A DNA stretch of 64,000 nt from Solirubrobacteraceae bacterium (GCA_035308915.1 DATGFT010000008.1:12452-76451); one strand, 5' to 3'. Numbered from the stretch's first letter, positions 41,628 through 50,789 are shown. Notes: a model not told the origin generated them from the sequence alone. A program made the numbers and translations.

Positions 41628-42257
41628 TCAGGCACGCTGCTGTAGAGGTTCTCTTGCTGGGGGCCTCGGCGCGGCGGCCGACCCGGGTTGTCGGACATGG
41701 GCCGCTTTCGCCCCCGGGCCGGGCCGCAGGATGCGCAGCGTGACCAGGTAGGCCAGCGGGATCGCCGGGAGCGCGACGAGGGCGCGGAGCCAGAGCTGCT
41801 TGGCGTCCGATCCCGAGCCGAGCGTGTGCACGACCGACAGCAGCCACGCAGCGGCGACGAGCGTGTGCAGCCGCCGCCACCTCCGGGCCCCGATGCGGCG
41901 ACGCAGATAGAAGCTCGGCCCCAGGAGGAGAGCCAGGTAGCCGGCGATGATCCCGAGCCCCGTGAACAGGGGCCGGTAGGTGAGCGCGAACGGCACCGTG
42001 ATCCCGCGCAGCCCCGGGTTCAGCCAGCGGTCGCCCAGAAGGGCGGCTCCGTGCACCCCGATCGCCGCCAGCGCGGTCAGCGCGACGTGCTCGTGAAGCG
42101 TCAGCACGATTCGCTTGGCCCGGGGGGCACGGATGACCTTGGCGGCCATGGCCAGGCCCATGAGGACCGACAGCGAAATCAGAGCCAGCGCGAGGATGCC
42201 CGCCGCCCGGCTGACGAGCCACCACAGATCGGCCAGCGGGGCCGAACCAGGCGTCAC
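41628..42257 (-). CDS. Ferric reductase-like (MsrQ-like) diheme transmembrane protein
   Basis: WWLVSRAAG, LHE...VH and WRRLH...VHTLGSGSD His pairs. Confidence 0.85.
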   Translation of the reverse strand: MTPGSAPLADLWWLVSRAAGILALALISLSVLMGLAMAAKVIRAPRAKRIVLTLHEHVALTALAAIGVHGAALLGDRWLNPGLRGITVPFALTYRPLFTGLGIIAGYLALLLGPSFYLRRRIGARRWRRLHTLVAAAWLLSVVHTLGSGSDAKQLWLRALVALPAIPLAYLVTLRILRPGPGAKAAHVRQPGSAAAPRPPAREPLQQRA

Positions 42258-43228
42258 GCCGCCGTCCGGGCGGCGGCGCGATGCAGGCCGATCGGCCCGA
42301 TCGCCTCAACCGACCCGTCGTCGTGGACGATGACTCCGCCCCGCTCGCGCAGGACATCCCGCGCTCCCGCCGGGCCCAGGAGCAGGGCCATCTTCGACAG
42401 CGTCTCCGCCTCGAGTGCGCTTTCGCCGAGCGCGGTGGCTCCAATCACACCGGTCCAGGCGGGTGATCCGGTGCTCGGGTCGAGCAGATGGTGGCCGAAG
42501 CTGCCGTCGCGGTTGCGCCAGATCCGGACGTTGAGGCCCGACGTGGCGACGCCGCCGCGGGCCAGCCCAACCGTCCCGATCGGCTCGCCGCTCAGCGGAT
42601 GCTCGACCGTGATCTGGTAGGGCTCGAGCTGGGCACCCACTCCGCCGACGGCGATGTCGCCTCCGCAGTCGACGACGAATCGGGTGTAGGCCCCAAGGCG
42701 ATAACCGACCGCGTCCGCACACAGGCCCTTCCCGGTGCCGCCGGTGTCGATCATCACCCCCGGCGGCCGCTCGATCACGCCCGCTTCGTCGTCGACCCGG
42801 ACGAGCCTCCAGGGCGCGGCCGGATTGGCTGCCGCCGGAGCGCGGGCACCGGCGGCAGCCAGGGCGTCGTTGAGTGACGCCGGAGCTACGCCGTCCAAAG
42901 ACCGGGCGTAGCCACCTCGTTCGAGCGCCTGGACCAGCGTGGGATCGACCAGCCCCCCGCTGCGCTCAGCCGCCCACAGCCCCGCGTTGACCGCGGCGCG
43001 AAGCAGCGGGGAGGCGGGCACGCGCGAGCGCGGGTCGTGGTTCAGCGCCGACAGCTCACTGTCGGCGACGAATCGGGAGAGCCGGTGGGCGAACCCGAGC
43101 ACGAACGCGCGCTGGCCATCGGCTGCCTCGAGCGGCGACGGGGCCTTGGGGTGCAATGGGTGGCCGATGAGCAGGCGGATATCGCTGCCCATCGCCTGAA
43201 ACGTGTAGTCGAGCTCGTCGGTGACCAA
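42254..43228 (-). CDS. apbE: FAD:protein FMN transferase
   Basis: AMGS, LSRFVADSELSALN, DPT, DTGGTGKG, GGD, ATSG, HLLDPSTG. No obvious signal peptide. Confidence 0.9.
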   Translation of the reverse strand: MVTDELDYTFQAMGSDIRLLIGHPLHPKAPSPLEAADGQRAFVLGFAHRLSRFVADSELSALNHDPRSRVPASPLLRAAVNAGLWAAERSGGLVDPTLVQALERGGYARSLDGVAPASLNDALAAAGARAPAAANPAAPWRLVRVDDEAGVIERPPGVMIDTGGTGKGLCADAVGYRLGAYTRFVVDCGGDIAVGGVGAQLEPYQITVEHPLSGEPIGTVGLARGGVATSGLNVRIWRNRDGSFGHHLLDPSTGSPAWTGVIGATALGESALEAETLSKMALLLGPAGARDVLRERGGVIVHDDGSVEAIGPIGLHRAAARTAA

Positions 43229-43238
43229 GTGTCTGCGC

Positions 43239-43487
43239 TCACGGAGCCGTGGAGGACCGGGTCACGACGGGAGCCGTCGGAAGGGCGCCCGAACCCGAGC
43301 TTGAGACGGACTGCGAGACCGACGTCCCGGACCCGCCTCCGCGGATCGTCTCCACGACCGTCGTCTTGTAGATGCGTCGGACGACGACCATCCGGTGGGC
43401 GAGCGGCTTCGCCGTGGGTTGCAGGTGAGAGGCCAGGAAGGCAAGCACGACCAGAAACACGGCCGCGCTGATCAGGATCACGGTCAC
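43239..43487 (-). CDS. Small membrane-anchored Ser/Thr-rich protein ending PVVTRSS
   Basis: TM helix VILISAAVFLVVLAFLA, VVVRRIY strand, low-complexity tail. Start uncertain: GTG 43487 used, frame open further upstream. Confidence 0.6.
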   Translation of the reverse strand: MTVILISAAVFLVVLAFLASHLQPTAKPLAHRMVVVRRIYKTTVVETIRGGGSGTSVSQSVSSSGSGALPTAPVVTRSSTAP

Positions 43488-43557
43488 GCGGTCGGCGCCC
43501 GCCGGGAGCTGACCGCGGACCAGCGGTGGCGTGCCTGAGGCTCTGTGCCTCGGCCGA

Positions 43558-44106
43558 TCAGTTGTCGCCGCCGCCACCGTCGCCACCGTCGTCGTGGTGA
43601 GATCCCGAACCGCTGGTCCGGGTGCTCACCGGCCGACCCGACGAACCTCCTGAGCCCGAGCTCGTGCTGCTCCGAGTGGTCACCGGCCGCCCGGAACCGG
43701 ATCCACTCGAAGAACCTGTGTGCGACGCGCTCGTCCGTGTGGTCACCGGTGCGCCGGTTGGGGCGCTGACCGCCGAATGTGAACCGCTGGTCCGCGTGCT
43801 CACGCTGCCCGCGGCGCCCGCGGCCGGAGCCACGGCGTGTGATCCACTGGCCCGGGTTCGCGCGCCGCTGCCGGCCACCACCGCCGCGGAGCCCGAGTAG
43901 CCGCGGGGCGGACTCACGCCTGCCACACGCTCGTGCTTGACGATGTGGATGGTGCGCCTGATCACCACCGTGCGCACCTCGACGGCGGGGTTGCGTGCCG
44001 CCACGGGGGTCGTCTTGACGGACGGCGCGCGAAGAGCGAACGCCGCCAGCGCGGCGGCGCCCAGGGCGGCGACGCCGGCGATCAGTCGGGTGTAGGTCCT
44101 GCGCAT
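43558..44106 (-). CDS. Exported Gly/Ser/Thr-rich protein with five T-R-[TSA]-S repeats
   Basis: GGAGG RBS, MRRTYTRL plus hydrophobic leader, repeats TRASGS, TRTSGS, TRTSAS, TRSSTS, TRTSGS, and HHDD-Gly tail. Confidence 0.75.
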   Translation of the reverse strand: MRRTYTRLIAGVAALGAAALAAFALRAPSVKTTPVAARNPAVEVRTVVIRRTIHIVKHERVAGVSPPRGYSGSAAVVAGSGARTRASGSHAVAPAAGAAGSVSTRTSGSHSAVSAPTGAPVTTRTSASHTGSSSGSGSGRPVTTRSSTSSGSGGSSGRPVSTRTSGSGSHHDDGGDGGGGDN

Positions 44107-44162
44107 GCTCGGGCCTCCAGTTCGGGGACTTGCGCACTGTGCCGCGTGCGAGGCCATCGCTT

Positions 44163-44230
44163 GACCAATCCCAGGCAAAGCCTTGGCAAAGAACGACTGG
44201 CGCAGTCCGAACTCTTGCGATTCCTTTGCC
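44163..44230. promoter_or_regulatory. OmpR-type direct-repeat boxes in both orientations in the divergent promoter
   Basis: GGCAAAG-N4-GGCAAAG (44174-44191, +) and GGCAAAG-N4-CGCAAGA (44230-44213, -). Confidence 0.6.
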
Positions 44231-44255
44231 CGGCGGGTTCACCATGGTCCGTGCA

Positions 44256-45431
44256 ATGGCACAAACCTCAGGTGCAGACGGAATCGTGATCGTGGGCGGC
44301 GGCCTGGCCGGCCAGCGCTGTGCCGAGGCGCTGCGCAGGCATGGCTACGACGGGGCCCTGCGGATCGTCTGCGCCGAGCCCCGCCGCCCGTACGACCGTC
44401 CGCCCCTCTCGAAGGAGATGCTGGCCGGATCCTGCGATGAGGATTCGCTCGCCTTCAAGACCGCCGGCTGGTATGAGGAGCGCTCGATCGATCTTCTGCT
44501 CGGAGTGCACGCGACCGGGCTCGACTTGGCGCAGCGCCGCCTCGGGGTGTCGGAAGGCCGCCCGCTTGCCTACCGGCAGCTGGTGATCGCCACCGGCAGC
44601 ATCCCTCGAGGCCTGCCGCTGCTCGAGGGATACGAGAACGTCTCGGCGCTGCGGTCGGTCGATGACTGCCTCGCGCTTCGCGAAGTGCTGGCCGGACGGC
44701 CGCGGCTCACCGTCCTCGGCGCCGGCTTCATCGGCCAGGAGGTTGCGGCCACCGCGCGCTCTCTAGGCGCGCAGGTGACGATGATCGAAGCCGCGCCGGC
44801 CCCGCTCGCCAGTGTCCTCGGTCGCGAGCTGGGCTCCTGGTTCACCCGACTGCACACGGCCGAGGGGGTAGAGGTCCTCACCGACTGCACGGTGACCGAC
44901 GCGCTGAGCAACGGGCACGTTCAGGCGCTGCGTCTCTCGAACGGGCGAACCGTCGACACCGATCACGTGGTGGTGGGCATCGGGGTCCGGCCGGACGTCG
45001 GATGGCTGGCCGGGAGCCCGATCGCGAGCCCCGGCGGGATCGAGGCGAGCCCGGCCGGGCACACCGTCGCACCAGGCGTCTATGCCATCGGCGACGCGGC
45101 TGCCACCTTCGATCCGGTCGTGGGCGGGCATCTGCCGGGCTCGCATTGGGAGGCCGCGTCTCGCCAGGCCGGGCGCTGCGCCTGCGTGATGCTCGGCCTG
45201 GATCCCGGCCCCGCCGAGCTGACGAGCTTCTGGACCGACCAGTACGGAATCCGGATCCAGTACCTGGGTCACGCGCAGCTCGCCGACGCCGTCGAGATCG
45301 ACGGGAATCCCGACGTCCGGAACTTCAGTGTCACGTTCACGCGCGCGGGACGGCCCGTCGCGGGACTGCTCGTCGACCGCGCGCGTGAACTACCCCGGCT
45401 TCGCACAGCGATCGAACAAGGAGAAACATGA
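44256..45431 (+). CDS. Ferredoxin reductase (putidaredoxin-reductase type, FAD/NAD(P))
   Basis: GGGLAG, PYDRPPLSK, ATGS, GAGFIGQE, YAIGD, FWTDQY. Confidence 0.9.
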   Translation: MAQTSGADGIVIVGGGLAGQRCAEALRRHGYDGALRIVCAEPRRPYDRPPLSKEMLAGSCDEDSLAFKTAGWYEERSIDLLLGVHATGLDLAQRRLGVSEGRPLAYRQLVIATGSIPRGLPLLEGYENVSALRSVDDCLALREVLAGRPRLTVLGAGFIGQEVAATARSLGAQVTMIEAAPAPLASVLGRELGSWFTRLHTAEGVEVLTDCTVTDALSNGHVQALRLSNGRTVDTDHVVVGIGVRPDVGWLAGSPIASPGGIEASPAGHTVAPGVYAIGDAAATFDPVVGGHLPGSHWEAASRQAGRCACVMLGLDPGPAELTSFWTDQYGIRIQYLGHAQLADAVEIDGNPDVRNFSVTFTRAGRPVAGLLVDRARELPRLRTAIEQGET

Positions 45432-45634
45432 CCTACATAGTGGAAATCGACGAGGCAGCGTGTGCTGCGCATGGCGACTGCGTCGAGCTGGCACCTGAGG
45501 TGTTCGAGCTCGACGACGTGGCTCACGTGATCGGCGACGGGCCGGATGACCTGCTGCTCGCCGCGGCGGAAGCCTGCCCGAGCTCCGCAATCCGGATCCT
45601 CGACCGGGAGACCGCCGAGGCGATCTATCCCTGA
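45428..45634 (+). CDS. Single-cluster ferredoxin, probably [3Fe-4S]
   Basis: CAAHGDC...APEVF...EACP; ATGA overlap with the reductase. Confidence 0.9.
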   Translation: MTYIVEIDEAACAAHGDCVELAPEVFELDDVAHVIGDGPDDLLLAAAEACPSSAIRILDRETAEAIYP

Positions 45635-45663
45635 TCGATGGCCGAGGCGATCTATCCCTGATC
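45614..45663 (+). repeat. 23-bp duplication of the ferredoxin 3' end
   Basis: gccgaggcgatctatccctgatc at 45614-45636 and 45641-45663. Confidence 0.9.
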
Positions 45664-46123
45664 AGTCGTCGGGCCCCTGGGGGCGGCGGGTGTCACCGCT
45701 GCCCCCGGATCTGCCGCCGCCACCTGAATCGTCGCGCTGGCGCTGAGCCGGCTTGGCGGGCCGCGCCGCCGTGGGCGTCGTCGTGGCGGGCTGGGCGGGC
45801 GCCGGGGGGGAGGTTGTGTTGGGCAACGACGAAACCGGCGGGGCCGGGGCCGGGGCCACGGCGGGCGGCGGCGTCGACACGGACGGTCTGCCCGCGCCTC
45901 CGTGCGTCCGGCGACCCCGGCGCGGCGCCGTCTTCTTGCCATTGGCCGGCCGGTGGGTCGCCGGCGCCGTTGCTCGCGCCGGGGCCAGGCCCGCGGCGAC
46001 GGACAGCGGCTCGTTGGAGAGTCCGATGTGCTGACTGGCGAGGCGGGTCGCCGACCAGGCCACGGCCGCGCTGAAGGCGATCCCCAACCCGGCCGCCAAC
46101 GCGAGCAGCACGCGACGCTTCAT
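45662..46123 (-). CDS. Exported Pro/Ala-rich protein with Gly/Asp tail
   Basis: MKRRVLLALAAGLG leader, ATGA-coupled to the kinase, ends ...GPDD. Confidence 0.6.
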   Translation of the reverse strand: MKRRVLLALAAGLGIAFSAAVAWSATRLASQHIGLSNEPLSVAAGLAPARATAPATHRPANGKKTAPRRGRRTHGGAGRPSVSTPPPAVAPAPAPPVSSLPNTTSPPAPAQPATTTPTAARPAKPAQRQRDDSGGGGRSGGSGDTRRPQGPDD

Positions 46124-47559
46124 GACCTGGCGACGGTAGCCGGGTCCGGGTTAAGCGAGCGCAAACTCGAGGGCTCGTCCGACGTCTCGGCGCTCGCGGG
46201 CAGCGTCAGCGCGGCGACGAGACCCCCCCCTTCGCGGGCCGTGAGCGTCACATCACCACCCCATGCTCGGGCGAGCTCACGGGCGATCGAGAGCCCCAGC
46301 CCGCTCCCGGCCGGTCCGGCCCGCCCGGCGCGGCCGCGGTGGAAGCGATCGAACACGATCGAAAGCTCGTCGGCCGCGATGCCGGGGCCTCGGTCTCGCA
46401 CCTCGATCCTCCCGGGAGTCGCCCGGATCTCCACCGCGCCGCCGCCCGGCGAGTAGTTCAGGGCGTTCTCGATCAGTGAGTCGAGCGCCCGGTCGAGGTC
46501 AGGTCGCGACACCCAGGCCCGTCCACCTCCGTCCCCCGCGTTTGAGGCCAGCCTGATGCTTCGCGACCGGGCGGTGGGCTCCCAGCGCTCGGCCGCGGCC
46601 GCGGCCATGTCATGCAGGTCGACCATCGTGCCCCGCAACTGCCGCTCGCCGCCGCCCGACAGGACGAGCAGGTCCTCGACTGTGTGGGCCAGCCGGTCGA
46701 CCTCGTGAATCGCCGCCTCCAACTGATCCCGAGCTGCGTCCTGGTCCGTGCTGGCCCGTGCGGCCTCGAGGCGGAGTCGGAGCCCGGTGAGCGGGGTCCG
46801 GAGCTGATGGGAGGCGTCGGCCACGAACGCGCGCTGGGCGCCGAGCAGCCTGGAGATGCGCCCGGTCATCTCGTTGAACGACGTGGCCAGCGATCGCTGT
46901 TCGCTCGAGCCCTCGAGCTCGGCCCGGGCATCCAGGTCGCCCTGGGCCACACGCCGTGCCACCTGCTCCAGGCGGCGGATGGGGCGGGCGACCTGCGCCG
47001 CGATGACCACGCCCGCCGCCAGGCCCAGGGCGAGGACGATCACTCCGATCAGGATCAGCCCGAGCTGCGCGCGGTGCACCGCGCCATTGACCGCCGCGAT
47101 GCTCTGGGTCACGCGCACGGCACCCACCGTGTGCCGATTGCGGATGATCGGGACCGCGGTGGCAAGAATCTCCTTTCCCAGGGTCCGGGAGCTGCGCTGA
47201 ACCTGGACCGGGCGTCCGGCGAGCGCCGCCTTGAGCTCGGGCCGGCTCCCATAGTTGGTCCCGACCGGGGCTGCGCCGCTCGAGTCGATGAGGACCCCGC
47301 CGGCGGCGCCGACGATCAGGATTCGCCCTCGCAGCTCTCGCGCGGCGGTACGCGCGAGCGTCGAGAGCTCGCCGCGGTGGCCAGGGGCGAGCAGGTCGGC
47401 CGCGGTGGCGGCCACCAGGTCGGCCTGCGCCTGGGCCTGGGTCTGGACCTCGGCGCGGACCCGCGAGCTCAGGTTGATGGCCAGCGGGATGCCCAGCGCG
47501 ATGATCGCCAGCACGAGCACGTAGGCCAGAGCGGCCAGGAGGCGGAGCCGCAGGCTTAC
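46120..47559 (-). CDS. HAMP sensor histidine kinase (OmpR-partner type)
   Basis: FVADASHQLRTPL, LIENA, DRGPG, GSGLGL. Start ambiguous: GTA 47559, CTG 47553 or GTG 47520. Confidence 0.88.
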   Translation of the reverse strand, partial: VSLRLRLLAALAYVLVLAIIALGIPLAINLSSRVRAEVQTQAQAQADLVAATAADLLAPGHRGELSTLARTAARELRGRILIVGAAGGVLIDSSGAAPVGTNYGSRPELKAALAGRPVQVQRSSRTLGKEILATAVPIIRNRHTVGAVRVTQSIAAVNGAVHRAQLGLILIGVIVLALGLAAGVVIAAQVARPIRRLEQVARRVAQGDLDARAELEGSSEQRSLATSFNEMTGRISRLLGAQRAFVADASHQLRTPLTGLRLRLEAARASTDQDAARDQLEAAIHEVDRLAHTVEDLLVLSGGGERQLRGTMVDLHDMAAAAAERWEPTARSRSIRLASNAGDGGGRAWVSRPDLDRALDSLIENALNYSPGGGAVEIRATPGRIEVRDRGPGIAADELSIVFDRFHRGRAGRAGPAGSGLGLSIARELARAWGGDVTLTAREGGGLVAALTLPASAETSDEPSSLRSLNPDPATVARS

Positions 47560-48278
47560 GGCTGAACCTCCGCGTCGCCGAGCCGGAACCCGACGCCCCG
47601 CACCGTATGGATGTACCGCGGGGCCAGAGGGTCATCGCCCAGCTTGCGTCGCAGCCAGGCGATGTGGACGTCGAGCGTCTTGGTCGAGCCAAACCAGTTC
47701 ATATCCCATACGTCCGACATCAGGACTTCGCGGGATACGACCCTCCCGGCCTCCCGCGCCAGGCGGGCCAGGAGATCGAATTCCTTGCGGCTGAGCGAGA
47801 TCTCGGCTCCGCCTCGCCAAAGCCGGCGGGAGCCGAGGTCGATCCGCAGATCGCCCACCCTGAGCTCGCGCTCCTCATCGCGGGGGGCCCGTCCGCGGCG
47901 CAGCACGGCGCGAATCCGCGCCACCACCTCGGCCACCGCGAAGGGCTTGACGATGTAGTCGTCGGCCCCCAGCTCGAGCCCCACGATGCGGTCGGTGACG
48001 GCCCCGCTGGCCGTGATCATGATGATCGGCATGTCGGAGCTCCGCCGCAGATGGCGGCAGACGTCTCGGCCGTCCATGTCGGGCAGCGCCAGATCGAGGA
48101 GCACGACGTCTGGCTCGACGCTGCGGCTGAGCTCGAGCGCCTCGGCCCCAGTGTGCGCCACGGTGGGGCGAAAGCCGCTGCGAGCGAGCGCCTGAGCGAA
48201 CGGCTCGGCGATCGACGCCTCGTCCTCGATCAGGAGGACCGAGGGGCCGCGCGTCTCCGATGGGCCATCGAGCTGCAC
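47556..48278 (-). CDS. OmpR/PhoB family response regulator
   Basis: IEDE, LLDLALP, GADDYIVKPF, DVHIAWLRRKL, TVRGVGF. Confidence 0.92.
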   Translation of the reverse strand: MQLDGPSETRGPSVLLIEDEASIAEPFAQALARSGFRPTVAHTGAEALELSRSVEPDVVLLDLALPDMDGRDVCRHLRRSSDMPIIMITASGAVTDRIVGLELGADDYIVKPFAVAEVVARIRAVLRRGRAPRDEERELRVGDLRIDLGSRRLWRGGAEISLSRKEFDLLARLAREAGRVVSREVLMSDVWDMNWFGSTKTLDVHIAWLRRKLGDDPLAPRYIHTVRGVGFRLGDAEVQP

Positions 48279-48285
48279 GGCCGCT

Positions 48286-48801
48286 CTAGGCCTTGGGATC
48301 CCCGTGCGGGATCACGAGCACCGGCCGCCTGGCGTGCCCCAGCACCGCGAAGGAGACGCTGCCCAGCAGCATCGACTGGACGCGGGAGAGCCCTCGGGCG
48401 CCGATCACGATCGCTCCGGCATCGAGCTCCTGCGCGACGTGACAGATGACCGACCAGGCCTTGCCCCGAACCAGCCGGCCCTCGGCGGCAAAGCCTGCCT
48501 CACGAGCCAGCTCGACACCATGCTCGAGCGTCTCGCCTGAGACCTCCTCGATGATCTGGTCGAGGTCGAGGGCGCGCGCTGCCAGCTTGTCGAGCGGCGC
48601 GCTCAGGATCGTGGCCGGATCACGCGGATCCCACAGCGCCATCGGCTCCCACGCGGTGAGGACGACGGCGCGGCGGCGGCTGAACAGCGCCGCCGAGCGG
48701 CCGATGGCCACGGCGGCATTCGCCGAGCCGTCGTAGCAGAGCAGCAGGGGTCCGGCGGGGCCGCTTCCAGGGGTGTCGCTTTCGCTCACGGCTACCTCCA
48801 T
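48286..48801 (-). CDS. Universal stress protein
   Basis: CYDGS, IVIGARG, LLGSVS...PVLVIP. Confidence 0.88.
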   Translation of the reverse strand: MEVAVSESDTPGSGPAGPLLLCYDGSANAAVAIGRSAALFSRRRAVVLTAWEPMALWDPRDPATILSAPLDKLAARALDLDQIIEEVSGETLEHGVELAREAGFAAEGRLVRGKAWSVICHVAQELDAGAIVIGARGLSRVQSMLLGSVSFAVLGHARRPVLVIPHGDPKA

Positions 48802-48804
48802 TGA

Positions 48805-50736
48805 TCAGCCTCTCAGCGCGCGAAGTGCGTTGAGGATCACGGCCAGGTCGATGACCTCTTGGAAAAGGGCACCGGCGACGGGCGGAAGGTAGCCGAACGC
48901 AGCGACCGCCATCGCGGCGATGCTCAACCCCATGCCGCTGAGCATGCTCTGGCGGGCGATATGCAACGACCGGCGCCCGATGTGGACCGCATCCGCCACT
49001 CGGTCGACGCGATCGACCGTGATCACGGCGTCGGCGGTCTCCGACGACACCGTCGCGCCCGCGGCCCCCATCGCGATCCCGAGATCGGCGAGGGCCAGAG
49101 CGGGAGCGTCGTTGATCCCGTCCCCGACCACGATCACTGGGCGAAGCCCGGCGTCGGCCTCGACCCGGCGCACGACCTCGAGCTTGTCCTCGGGCGACTG
49201 CTCGGCGTAGACGCGGTCCAGCCCCAGCTCTCGGCCCACACGCTCGGCCGCGGAGCGTCGATCGCCGGAGATCATCGCGATGTGCTTGACGCCCTCGTGA
49301 CGCAGGCGCTCGGGAAGCTGATGGGCGTCCGGGCGAAGCTCGTCGGCCATCACGATCACGCCCGCAACGTGGCCGTCGGACGCGACGAGCACGTGAGCCT
49401 CTCCGGATCCGCGGGCCACGCCGACCGTGCTCGATTCGATCTCCGGCTCCGGAACACCCGCGGCGCGCATGAAGGCCCGGCTACCGACCAGGACGCGGTG
49501 GCTGTCAACCACCCCTTCGATTCCCTGGCCCGGATCCTCGCGGACACCGGTTGGCATCGAGAGCTCGAGTCCGGATTCCTCGGCCGCGGCCACCAGGGCC
49601 TCTCCGAGGACATGCGCCGAGAGGCGGTCCACCGACGCCGCCTGACGGAGCAGCTGTCCGGAATCCCATCCGTTTCGAGTGATGATCTCGCGCACCTCGG
49701 GCGTCCCCACGGTGAGGGTCCCGGTCTTGTCGAAGAGACACGTCCGGGCCGCCCCGAGCGTCTCGATCGCCCCGGCACCCTTCACGATCACCCCCATGTG
49801 AGCGGCGCGTGAAAGCCCGGAGATGAGCGCGATCGGGGCGGCCAGGATCAGCGGGCACGGCGTGGCCACGACCACCACGGCCAGACCTCTGACCGGATCG
49901 CCGCTGAGTGCCCAGGCCAGCCCAGCCAGAAGCAGCGTCGCAGGGAGGAAGAACCCGGCGTAACGGTCGGCCATCCGCGTGAGCGGGGCCCGCTGGCCCT
50001 GCGCCTGCTCAACCAGCCGGACCAGCGCCGTGTAGGCGCTGTCGCTGGCCGGCCGCTCGGCGCGCACGTCGAACGGCGCCCCGGCGTTGGCGGACCCGCT
50101 CAGCACCTGCGCTCCGCTCGTCAACGCCTCCGGGAGTGGTTCGCCGGTCAGGGTGCTCGTATCGACCACCGCCTCATGGCTGACGACCGTGCCGTCCACC
50201 GGGACCACCTCGCCGGTACGGACCAGGACGACGTCGCCGACCTGAACCTGATCGACAGGGACCTCTCGGATGCCGTCGGCGAGGCGTAGCTGGGCCACCT
50301 TGGGCGCCCGCTGGACAAGCGCTGTCAGCTCTCGGCGCGCCCGCCGCGCGGCGAGTGCTTCGAGGGCTGCGCCGCCCGAGTACATCAGTCCGATCACCGC
50401 GCCCGCGAGCTCCTGGCCCAGCGCCAGCGAGCCGACCATCGCAACGAGGGCGATCGTGTCGACACCGAGGCTGTGCTCGACGATGACCGTGTGTCCCACC
50501 TCGAACGCCAATTCGGCGGCCAGCAACGCCACTGCCGCCCGCCAGACCGCCTGGCCGGCCGAGGGGTGGCCGATCAGGTGCAGGAGTCCGCCAGCCGCAA
50601 TCGCGGCCACGGCGATCGTGGCCAGGATCTGGGTTCGGTGGTCGAGCAGCCAGCGCAGCTGGTCGCGGGGTCGATGGCGCTCCCGCTCACGCGACTCGCG
50701 AGCTCGGGGCAGCGCCGGGGCGTGAGTGCCGTGCAT
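48805..50736 (-). CDS. Heavy-metal P1B-type ATPase, P1B-5-like (no hemerythrin domain)
   Basis: TGE, ATPCPL, DKTGTLT, GDGIND, and QEVID in the last TM. Start at ATG 50736 or 50769. Confidence 0.85.
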   Translation of the reverse strand: MHGTHAPALPRARESRERERHRPRDQLRWLLDHRTQILATIAVAAIAAGGLLHLIGHPSAGQAVWRAAVALLAAELAFEVGHTVIVEHSLGVDTIALVAMVGSLALGQELAGAVIGLMYSGGAALEALAARRARRELTALVQRAPKVAQLRLADGIREVPVDQVQVGDVVLVRTGEVVPVDGTVVSHEAVVDTSTLTGEPLPEALTSGAQVLSGSANAGAPFDVRAERPASDSAYTALVRLVEQAQGQRAPLTRMADRYAGFFLPATLLLAGLAWALSGDPVRGLAVVVVATPCPLILAAPIALISGLSRAAHMGVIVKGAGAIETLGAARTCLFDKTGTLTVGTPEVREIITRNGWDSGQLLRQAASVDRLSAHVLGEALVAAAEESGLELSMPTGVREDPGQGIEGVVDSHRVLVGSRAFMRAAGVPEPEIESSTVGVARGSGEAHVLVASDGHVAGVIVMADELRPDAHQLPERLRHEGVKHIAMISGDRRSAAERVGRELGLDRVYAEQSPEDKLEVVRRVEADAGLRPVIVVGDGINDAPALALADLGIAMGAAGATVSSETADAVITVDRVDRVADAVHIGRRSLHIARQSMLSGMGLSIAAMAVAAFGYLPPVAGALFQEVIDLAVILNALRALRG

Positions 50737-50789
50737 ACCCCGAGCTTCGCAGTAGGCCACCGATCCCATATCCGTAGTCCTCCGATGCG

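Noticed and set aside
45614-45663. 23-bp direct repeat as an att site or target-site duplication
   Set aside because: The copies are only 4 bp apart with no cargo; simple slippage explains it.
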